The notes beneath the pieces are model-generated. The model made no database searches and was not told the origin of the DNA. It saw only the letters and a list, made by a program, of their open reading frames with translations. 31,430 bases of DNA from Candidatus Thorarchaeota archaeon (GTDB taxonomy: Archaea; Asgardarchaeota; Thorarchaeia; Thorarchaeales; Thorarchaeaceae). Position numbers and translations under genes: made by a program. This document shows positions 13,101 to 25,100 of the stretch, in pieces. Each line of letters starts with the position of its first letter. Position 1 is the stretch's first letter. The stretch covers positions 1-31,430 of the forward strand of contig JAGSHP010000001.1 of NCBI GenBank assembly GCA_029855925.1, written 5' to 3'.

Positions 13101-16100
13101 ACTTCACCTTTGATGACTTTCTGGGGGTTTCTGACGAGGAGAAGACAATCGAGTTCTACTTCACGACGAATGCCTGGGGCGGGCCCCACACCTTTGACAA
13201 CGGTGGGAACTACTGGTCATTCTATCTTGAGGACAGCGACACGGATGGTCCATCCATAACGAGTGTGTGGCCATCCGATCATGGTACTGTCATGGACAAC
13301 AGTGCAAATGTAAGATATGGCGGCGTGTATGGTGACGGAGAGATCAAGGTCTATGCCACCATAACGGACCCATCAGGTATCGAACATGCCGAGGTCCACT
13401 GGACCTATCAGGCAGGCGGCAGTGGGACTGTGAGTCCAATGGAGCACTCCGGAGACCTGTATTGGGCATGGGTCCCGATTTACTATGTTGATAACCCTGA
13501 ATTCAGTGACTACCTCAAATTCAACATCACTGCGTATGACAATGATGCGAGTATCTCATCGAGTTCTGAAACCAGGAGTCATATTAGGGTGCAGGATGAT
13601 GACTATCTCGCCCCGACTGCAAGTGGCCTCGACAGTGGCACATTCATCGTTTCCCAGAGTATCTCTGACAGCGGTATATGTACCGACTACAACACCGGTA
13701 ACTCTGGTATTTCCACGTCGTTCTCAAATGTGACATGGTACTGGACGGATGCACCAGAGACCGTCTACGAGGCAGACACGTTCAGCATCACGCCGAATAT
13801 GAACAACGGTTATGACTGGTCATATACCATATCTTCCTCGCATTGGACCGAGGCGGACGAAGGTAGACAGATTACTATCACTCTGAATGTTGTTGATGAT
13901 GACGATGACAGGGGTGCAATCGACCGTATGGCCGGCTCGTATAGCTGTCAGTGGACAATGAACGACGACGACACCACGGCACCAGTCATCGAGGCCACTG
14001 CCACATCACCCACAATGGACGACTCTGTGGTGCAGGACTTTGTGCTGTATGCGAAGATCTCTGATGCAGGTCCAGACGGTGTGAATGTGGTCAAGTTCAA
14101 GTATGACATAGGCGGGACCACATATGGGTCATTCCGGACCGCCTCCGACAACAACGGCACATGGTGGTGGTACAACATTCCATACTCTGAGTGGAGTGCC
14201 GAGGTCCAGAATGACCCGAGCGGTAAGACGGTGTACTTCTGTGTATACGCACAGGACGGTGACAACAGTCCGCTCTCGGTACAACAGAATGACATAGTCG
14301 GGAATCAGGTCAAGGACAATGACGCACAAGGGCCGAGCATCAGTCTCGTGAGTCCAATTGAGGGGTCCTTCAAGTATGATGCCGAGTGGCAGACATCAGG
14401 AATTGAGGTCTGTGTGACTATCTCCGACTCATCACCCCTGGACAGCAACAGCATTGAGTTTCAGTACAGAGAGCAGGGCTACAGCTGGGGCGCCTCTTGG
14501 TATGGATACACAAGTTCCGGTTCCGGAAAGTACTACTTCACAATACCCGACTCATGGCTGGACGCACATATCAACAGCATTGTTGAGTGGCGTGTGCATG
14601 CAAGTGACGCAGACAACAGTCCCACATCAAGCACGAGTGCGACGTTCAGTTTCCATGCAGACGATGATGATACCGTCATAGCGTTCTCGGAGTTGGGTCT
14701 GAATAACCCAAGCACAATGTACTCGGACAAGTCGTACACAATACGGATCAAGATCACTGAGGGCTCAGGAATAGACGCACAATGGGTGGAGTGGTGGTTC
14801 ACCGGTGAGGCCCACCACGAGGAGAACATGACCCTCGAGTCACAGAACGGAAACGAATACATCTACAAGTTCACCATAGCTGCCCCGGGTGACTCTCGTG
14901 AGAATACGTTCTTTGAGTGGACGGTGCATGCACGAGACACCGACAACGACAGGGGCGACATTGACAAGACCTACCAGACCAGTCATCGCGACAACATCCC
15001 GATAGCAGATGATGATGCCGACACACCGGACATATACAACACCGTCACGAGTGGTGACATTCTAGACAACAACACAGGGAGTTACATATTGCGGGTATAC
15101 GTGAATGACGAGTCGCCGGTCAACGTGACAGTGTGGTACAGGTACGGCAGCGGTTCATGGTATGGTCCATTCAACATAACTGACTCGAAGGTCGCCGTGA
15201 ACAGCACCGCGTCTTACTTCACATATTACATAGCAAGGACTGGCGGCTGGCTCGACCATATCGGTGAGATGATCTACTGGAATGTCACGGTCTGGGACAA
15301 GGACAACAGTCCTCTCAAGACCGAGATAAACAGCATGCAGGCAGGTACACCGACAGATGACGACACGAGTGCACCGTCACTCACTGGCGAAGACCCGTCG
15401 AACGGTGCCTCGATAACCGATGGCTATATTGTCACACAGACGCAGGAGAAAATGAGGGTGGAGTTCAGGCTGACGGACAGACTCTCTGATGTGTCGTGGG
15501 TCAAGTATAAATGGTCCTTCAATGACGGCCCGTGGAGTGACTGGCTTGATGCCACGCGGTGGTATAACCCTGATAAGACCGACTGGTGGTACTTTGACAT
15601 TGACTCCGATCTTCTCCTTGACAACACAGGCAAGACGTTCAGGTACTACCTCTGGGCCTCCAACGGCGACAACGACAGGCCGAACGATGCCGAAGAGTAT
15701 CTCGAATCATATCCGAACAACTATCACTGGTTCATGATACGGGACGATGACATATCTGAACCGGACCTGACGCACGTACAGCCGAGTGCCCCGGTGTCGA
15801 ACACGGACTTCACACTCTCATTCACCATAACAGACACTGATGGCGAGAACGGTGAGAGTGGTGTGTCAGAGGTGGTCCTCTACTACAGGTATAATAACAA
15901 TGCATCTTCATGGATGACGACAACGGCATACTCGAAGAACGGTGACGTATACAGGTTCACATTGAACTTAGGGGATGACTGGGAGGCGTACGGTATTGAG
16001 TACCTCGTATATGTCAAGAACGGCGATACTGATCGTGGTCTTGCAAATGATGCAGAGTACGGGTACAAGACCGCCACGGGATCATACCTCTCCCTCTCGA

Positions 16101-19100
16101 ACGCTGAGGGTAGCGGGTGGAAGCTAGCAGTGCTGGATGATGACACTGCGGCACCAGTGATAAGTGACATTGATACATCCGGTGTCAATGACGGGGGTCA
16201 GTGGTGCTTCAATGTCACGCTCAGCGACATGTCCGGTATACACACCGCATATGTCTCAGTTGATGGCAACATCAATCAGACTCTGATTCTCTGGGACAGC
16301 AGTGTTGATGCCGATTACTTCAGTGTAGACAACTATTACTTCTATGTGATACTCGACCCACTGCCACTCAATGGCTACCATACAATTGAGGTCTTTGCAC
16401 TCGATGATGATGGTGTCGTGTCATCGGACAAGCTGTGGAACAGTCAGTCTGTGACATTCCTGTCGACAGATGATGACATCAAGGCACCTGATGTGAAGGT
16501 ATGGATCCCTGATGCCGAATACGATGCGATAGCGACCATCTATGCCAATGTGACCGACTACAGTGGCATATCCGAGATCACGGTGTACTTCTGGCAGGGT
16601 CGTGGTGTCACCTCTGCGTCAATGGTGCTTGATGCCACATACAACGGCACATCTTGGAGATACAGGTACGATGTCTCACCAGAGCAGACATACTGGGGCT
16701 CCATGCTCTTTGCATATGTCTACGCTGTGGACGATGACTACGACTTTAGCAACTCGTCCGACCACAGCAGTGTGATCACGGCCACGGTGTATGGTACGAT
16801 AATAGACTCCACCCCACCGATAATAGATTATGTCACAGGACCTGTGGGCACGGTGGAGTACAGTGAGGACAATCGCGTATGGGTTGTAGCGTATGAGCCC
16901 GAGGATGCATCACTCGTTTCTCATGCGTACATGAACTACAGCCTCAACGGTGAGTGGTTCCTCGTGGAGATGGGTTATGTGAACAGTTCACTGTCCAACG
17001 GGCAACACTATAAGACGTTCATGGCCAGACTGCCGCTGAGATACGGAGCGACCCTACAGTATCATGTGATATGTTATGACAATGCTGGTAACAGTGTGAC
17101 GAGCGCCACATATACCGTGGAGAGTGTTGTGGACACCACACAGCCGGAGCTGCTATACTCGCAGGTGATGTATGCGGAGCCCGGTGTGAACGGTACACTC
17201 ATTGCAAAGTTCTACGAGCCCGATATTGCATCCGGTCTTGTATACGTACAGGTGAACATCAGGCTCAGACAGAGCGGTACATGGGGCGACCTCTATCAGA
17301 CCAATATGACCTACAACAGTAAGGCTGACACATGGGTGTTCACACTCCCAGCAGTCAGTGAGAATGACGAGTTCCAGTACTGGTTCAGTGCAGAGGATGC
17401 AGCGGGTAACATGTTCACAGGAGAAAACATAACATATGTGGTGAAGGACTTCTTAGAACCGACCATCATTGAGACCGGAGTCCTCAACTCTATAGAGGAG
17501 CCCAATAAGGTGGCATATCTCAGGACGATGTTTGCTGTCGAAACAGAGGGAGTCTACAGCCTCGTGGCACTGCGGAACGGCGCTGTCGCCAACATGACCC
17601 TGTGGCTGGACGGTGACGAGATTCCGAGTGGTGCACAGGTCATGCTCTCTAGTAGTGTACACATCGTCATGGTCAGGGTCGAATCGGCTGACATGTATGC
17701 GATGTGGGGTGTGCAGGTCATGAACATGAAGTCAGAAGTCTCTATCAATGAGACCGCCCTCGCATTCAACCTCCTGATGCCTGCACCACCTGCGGACGAG
17801 CTACGCATCGAGCGTGTGGGTGTCCTGGGTCCAATGACCGGCAATGACTATTATGCCACATACTCGTACGACGACATCGCCATAATAGAGGGCGACTTTG
17901 AGAACAGTGTCGACAGCTGGGAGTACGTCAACGCGAGGAGACTCAGTGCTCTTGGAATCGATGGATCATATGCACTTAGTCTCTGTAGTGACACAGGCGT
18001 AGAGGGTAGTGCGTCGTATGACTATGCAGGCAACATCACTGCTGACGCTCTGGCTTTCTATTACAAGTTCAACAGCAATACCGACTATACAGGTCTCGAT
18101 GTTTCGATCGGATACATGGATGGTGACTGGCTCAACCAGACGCTGGTAATCAATGAGACCGTCACATGGAAGCAGGTTGTAATCCCGATCAGACACAAAG
18201 AGATATCGGTCGTGGTGCTATCACAGAACACTGACAACACTGACCCATACGCCCTACTTATTGATGATGTTTCGCTCGTGACAACGGAGCTTGTGAAGAC
18301 AAGCTGGAGCACAAAGATGTATGACGACCTGTCACCTCACAAACTACTCGAAGTTGACGCAGGGACCGTTACAATGGAGTATGCTGGATATACTGAGTTT
18401 GTTTCACAGGTCGATACGAAAGCAGTCCTCGATGTCACACTTGTCAATGGTGTGCAAATGGATATATACTCCGGAGTGGTCAAGATAGCCTCAATTACGT
18501 CAAGTGCGAATGTGCCATTAATGGTCACGCGTGGATTGAATGTTTTGACAGTGTACATCAATGCGACAAACGCCAAACTGGGCTTTGTAGGTATGTATCT
18601 CAGGTTCACAAATGGCACGCAGGTGCCTGTGACTGTCCTCGGATTGAATACTGGTCTAGCATCACTGACTGATAGTGAGAGCGCGATTATTATACCACTG
18701 CTCCCAGAGTTGTGGCAGGTGGACGAGCAGAGCACCACAAATGTCACAACGACTGCCAACGATGACACATGGGAGATCGAGGCTGAGATTGAAGTCGCCT
18801 CAAATGATGACCTGACTGATGACATTGTGGTGTTCAATATCACAGAGGGCTTTGACATTCGTGTGATGCCAGTGCTTGTTTCAGAGATCTGTACAAATGA
18901 CACATCACTGATGATCAGGTATATGGCTGAACTCCATTCTGCCTCGACAGGTGAGTCAGTCTGGGTAGCCATAGACTGGATTAATGCGAGTGTGGGCAAC
19001 TATATGACTGATCTGACATGGGCAGCTGCGCAACAGTTCGGCACCTCTGCGGGAGACTACGATGAGTTGCTAAGCCTTGAGTTATGGATTGGGGACCTTA

Positions 19101-22100
19101 CGGGTGACGGCGCGTTCATTACGGACACGGCGAGCGTGTCTGTCCTGACCTACTTCAAGTCTCGTGTTGGTCATGTCTACGAAACGGTCCCGAGAAACAA
19201 CGGATACAGCAGTCTTCTCTCTGACTTCGACATTGCCATGGATGACTTCAACATATCTAGCAACGCGTTTCATGGATATGGCTCTGCGCTGGTTGGTGGG
19301 AGCAATGGCGCGTTGACAATAGATGTGTCAGAGGAGCCACTCCCAGAAATAATCAGGTTCTTCTGCAACGGTACAGTGTCTGTAGACATTAGCATATCAC
19401 TGGACGGCAGTAATTACACGGTCAATGTGATGGACACGCCAGCTCAGGACAGCTGGTCCACGGCATTCACTGCCAGACGTGAAACTGTCGTGGGATGGTA
19501 TGAGTACATCATCGACATACTTAGCACCGTGAAATCACTAGCTGTCGACAATGATGTCATGTTTAATGAGATCTATATATTTGAACTGACATTCGATTCT
19601 GCTGAAGCCAGTACTGTGGTTATAGATTCATTGAAGTTAGAGAACCATAGGGAAGTCATAGTCGAGATACCATACTGGGATGTTTCGATGGTCTGGGAAA
19701 CGAGATGCCTCGGCTTCCATCTTGTTGGTACCGAGGGACTGAGTTCTGTGAACCAGCCGTATTACAGTGTGGACTATGATGGTATAACTCTTGAAACAAC
19801 AGATAGATCATGGTATGAGGTGACGAACCTGTTCGTTTCTAACTACGATACAACCGCCGTAGTGGTACAACAGGCATACGGGATGGGACTAATTATAACT
19901 GACACCTATTTCATAAACAACACTGGATATGTATCATTGGACAGAAATGTAAGAAAACTTGGCAGCCCAGATCTCTATTCCAATGAAGTCATGATGACCT
20001 TCAACTATGATTTGGGCAAGGTCATGCAGGACTACTACATTGACTCTGCAAGCGTGCCTCTCTATGACTTTGGTGGTGTACTTCTGAGTCATGCATCCGA
20101 CGGGATTGACAATACTCTGGATGTCGATGTTGTTGAGGAGGACGTTGACTCGCCATACTTCAGTCGCTCCATGAGCACCATTGTTGACATAAGCAGCTAT
20201 GAGGCCTGCAACATCGTTTCTGATGGTGACCTGATGAGGATGGCACCAGAGTACAACAAGGACTCTTTCTGGGCAGAGTACTCTGGATTGAACATTGACA
20301 ACAGTATTGCAAAGTGGCTCATGCTCTCGGTGGAGAATGTATACGACTACATTGGATATGTCGAGTTGTATGGTCCATCTGGTTTTCTCGTGCGCCATGA
20401 GTTCAACAAGTCAGGAAGACATACATTCGCGCTCTCACTGTCTGAGAATATCGTAGCGGTCAGAATAGGCGCAGAATCAGTGACACTATCAAACATACTC
20501 ATGGTGGACTGGCTGACCATCAGAGAGAGACCGTTTGTGGTAGATCTCCCACCGACCTCAGATCTCACACTGAGAAGGCACTATCCCGATTTTGTAGAGG
20601 ACTTTTCTGACATCTCGGGCTGGGACTTTGAGGAGTATAATGTCAGTAGTACGGAGTACTTCCAGTGCGGTGTCAATTCTGGTATGCTCATCTTTGAAGG
20701 CTACTTCCGTGAGAGTCATACGGACACAATTGAACTGACAGGACTCAACATTGACACATTCAAGTACCCGAACTTCAAGATGAACTACCAAATCGAGCAG
20801 AGAGGCCTCATAAACGGGCAAGTCACATTCAAGATTCATTATGTGAAGAACGGTGTGGAGGGTGTAAATACATACTACATCTTGACAGAAGAGAGCACAT
20901 CAGGTGATGGGGTTGTCACAGAGAACCTAAATGTCACGACGGACGGCGGTTGGGTTACCAGCATAGAGATTGCGGCGGAGGGGTACAACGGTGCTGACGG
21001 GGCCTATAAAGTCTGGATTGACGATATTGTCATTGTCGAGGATACACTCGAGTACTACTACGTGTTTCGTTCACCGTTCTTCAGCGACAGCTTCACCTCT
21101 GTCAGTGATTGGAATAATGCTGACGGCACAGGATCTGTCACTTCATATCTGAACAATGACGGTATCAAGTTCACATCAACCTCAACGACTGCGAACTTCA
21201 GCAAGGACTGTCATCTTGAAATAAGATTTGACTCTGTGTTGGAGTTTGAGATAATGAACGGCGCTGGCACAATGCCTGACAGGATATGGGTGGCCTTTGA
21301 TCTCCACAATACAACGAGAGTGGATGTGATGGAGGTGACATCTCCGAGTGCAACATATTACAGGATGGACCTTGAGAATTTCACATCACTTGAAGTCGAC
21401 AAAGTTGTATTCGGTCTTGAAGGTAGTGGTGATGTATTGGCATTAGACTACATCAGAATCTCGGAGGCGTACAGCGCTCATGTATCATGCCGTCACATAG
21501 GTGGTTGGACAAGTACTGCAAACAGGCTCATGTCAGATGGGGAATCCGTCACAATCGAGGCATCAGTTGGTTCATGGAGCGCCAACTTCATGTTCCCGGA
21601 GGCACTGCCGTCATCAGTATATTCCACCCTGCGAATCGAGTACACGCTCGATCATTCCTCAGACGGGCCAGAGATACGACTGCGTGGACTGAACGGTGGC
21701 GATACGTACGACCACCTGTCAATGGACGAGATATATGAGGATGACTGGATTTCACCATTCATAGCAGACGGCGAGAAGCATACACTCTACCTCGATGTTG
21801 CAGAGAGGTTTCCGGGCAATGCGCTCTACCGCATCGAGATACGAGACACATCATCAGAGATGTACAACCTCACTATACACAGCATAAATCTCTTGGAGAA
21901 ACAGGATGACATCGCACGAGTCGGGTCATCAGGATGGACGTCTGCGGCATTCATGACTGAAGATGCACTCCGGTTGCAGACAATTGCCGATATTCAGGGC
22001 TCCTATGGTCTTCAGTTCAATATATCCGTTCATGGCAGTTTTGCAGAAGCGATACGTGTTGAATACTCATCAGTCATCAATGCAGACATAGATGCTTACC

Positions 22101-25100
22101 TCTATGTCACCACTAACAACACAAAGTACGAATACAACATTCCGTTGTCGGCATGCCGCACAACGCAAATCATCAGTATAGCAAATGTCACGGATGAGAT
22201 ACTAGATGTGGGAATCACGATGAACTACACTTGCAGTAACGATGAGTATCTCTGGCTTGATATCTATGACCTCAAAATACTCTCAACCCCGCTCATCTCA
22301 TATGATAGGTTTGAATCATTCTCGGCAGGGACAGCAACATTCACAGACATTATAGAAACACTCTATCACATCCAGACGCTAATCAATGAGGACGTGGTTG
22401 ATCAGACGACTGGCACCGATGTAGGTACACACTCGGACTTCACAAATCTGCAGAATGCCATAACACTACTTGACACAATGACAGAGGGACTGACAGGTAC
22501 ATGGGGTTTTGACGGTGAGTTCAATGTGTCAAGCTACCTTGAAGTCCTTGGTGCAGTCGTCGAGATGTCAACCTACTGGCATCTCGATGAGGCGGACTCT
22601 GGCGATGCAGGACCATATATTGATGTTGCCGACTCCTACAACATTGTGTTTGGCGATCTGTTGACATCCGGAGTGCTACTTATCCAGACACTCGGTGATG
22701 GAGAGACATTGAACATCACGGAGCATGATGATGGTACACCACTATCAGAGCTCTACACGGCTGTGGTTGACTATCACAGTTGGACTGGACTCATCAGTGG
22801 GACAATAACAGATGTTCAGACTGATGATGCCAACTACATGACACTCACAGAGGAAGATGCTGGCGTGGCTGCTGTGAACGGTGAGCACGGCTATGACACC
22901 AGTAATGACAATCACTTGCCGGCCGATGTTGGTGTGGAAACATTACCCAATAATGCAAATGATGGTAACATTGTCACGGTGATGACGATCGCAGAGTACA
23001 ATTCCGGAGAAGCAGGAAACCTACAGTTTGAAACAATAAAGATCACGAATGTAGGCACCGACTGGGTAGATGTGAACTTTGCAAACACATATGTCAGCCC
23101 AGTGGTGATTGCCACATTGGAGATTGGTGCTGGGCATGATCCAGCTGTCACAGCCGTCGACCATAGAGTTAATGCGGTGACGAGCACTGGATGCAAGGTC
23201 AAGATGGCAATTCCTGACCATCAGTATGGTGATGGCAGTTATGTGAATGGTACAATATACCTCTTTGTTGTGGAAGAGGGCAGCTGGGACGTTGCTGGAC
23301 TACCAAAGATTGAGGCAGGAATACACACGACCAGTACTGTTGTGGCAAACACCTATGATAGTGCTGGAGAACAAGTCATACTCAACTCGACGCTCTGGAG
23401 TGGTGTGTCACAGGCCGAGTTCTTTGTGACTGTCGGTACTGAGAATCAAGCGGCAACAGGAAGCAAATGGATTAGTGCATGGGTCAATGGTGGGAGCAGG
23501 ACCACTACCCCAACCACGAGTTCGTTCTATATTTCAATGAGTTCTGCAGAGTGTACTCCACAAGACAACCACCCGCAGGAAGATTTGCACTATGTAGTGA
23601 TTGAGAACGGCATATTCAATTATGGTGGAATGCACATGCAAGTCGGTCGAACAAGTGACACAATTGACGAGTACACTTCCAACAACCTATACACTCACGA
23701 GTTTGGGCATACGCCTGTCTGGGGTGTCAACCAATACCTCAGAATGGATGGTAACAACGGTGGATGGACGAATTGGGCTGACGGGCCGTTTACAAGCACA
23801 ACAATAGAGCCATACGTTCAGGAAGACAGGTGGCAAGACTCAGAAGTGGCACACACGACCACACAGGTCAGCTACATACTCTGTACAATGGATAACTACT
23901 CTACATCCCTCAATGGTGATAATTACGACCTCGACTTAGAGTATCAATTCAATGGAGTGGACACAAGTACCACATATGCAAACCTATCGATATACATCGG
24001 GTACCACAATGGCACTGAGGATCTGAATGTGGACTACTGGAACGGCACCAGTTGGAGTAGTCTGGGGATGGTACCTGCCGATATTGACTATCAGTGGTAT
24101 AATATAACGATTAAGGACCCTGATATACCCATTGATGTCCTCAGTTCCGACTTCGAGATACGGTTCGATGCCATCACTAATACCAGTGATGTAACACACG
24201 ACTCTTGGGAGATTGGCGAACTTGTGATTCACACATGGACCCCTGCCGTCATAGACTATGAGATGAACACAAAGTTCGATTGGGACACCACTGCGGACGA
24301 TACGAGGACCTATGGAGTGGTGATAATCACAGTTGCATCGTCGAGCACAGAGGCTGCCTTTATTGAAGCATGGGATGGTGCCACATGGAATAGAATTGGT
24401 ACAATAGACAGTGGAATATCCTCTGACATTACCTATCAGTTTGATGTGAAGAACGATACTGTTGACTACATCCTCGGTACAAACTGTACAATTCGGATCA
24501 TTGGTGTCGATGAATCTCTAGACGCTACACAGGACAGTTGGGACATTGACCTGATTGAACTACATACATGGACCCCAGCAGTGGTGAACTACAGGTTCGA
24601 TGTTGACTTCACATGGAATAGTCCCGTCACTGATGCTGAGATGTCATCCGTCTGCATGTACTTTGAGGGTAACTATGGAAATGAGCAATTATCAGTGTAC
24701 TATGACAATGGTGGCGGTTGGACAAACACTGGTGAAGTGATACCAGCAGGACTGACTGGCTGGAAGAACATCACAGTGACGGGTCTGGTGACAACATCTA
24801 CCTTTAGAATCAAACTCGTGGGCCAGTCAGAGTCATCAGATATATCACGGGACCGGTGGGACATTGATTATGTTATGCTGAGAACTTCCAGTTCAATCAC
24901 GAGCCTTACGGCGTATGACACACTAACAACGGTATATGGTCACTGGTTGAATCAGGCTAATGCACAGGACATCGGTGGCGGATATATGACAGTGACCGAA
25001 ACGGAGAACGGCACACAGTTCACAGATTTGAGTGACAGTGTAGATGCATATCTTGCATTCACAGGAGTTGTGTCACTGTTTGCGAATGCACAGTCACTTG

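Noticed and set aside
14951-14959. RGD tripeptide (also at 25568-25576)
   Set aside because: About two are expected by chance in 10,000 aa. The first is part of the recurring DNDR(G/P) acidic loop.
23696-23710. HEFGH, an HExxH zinc-protease-like motif
   Set aside because: It lies in the third lectin-like unit at the position matching the F...P-V beta-strand motif of unit 1. There is no third His (not HExxHxxGxxH) and no helical protease context.
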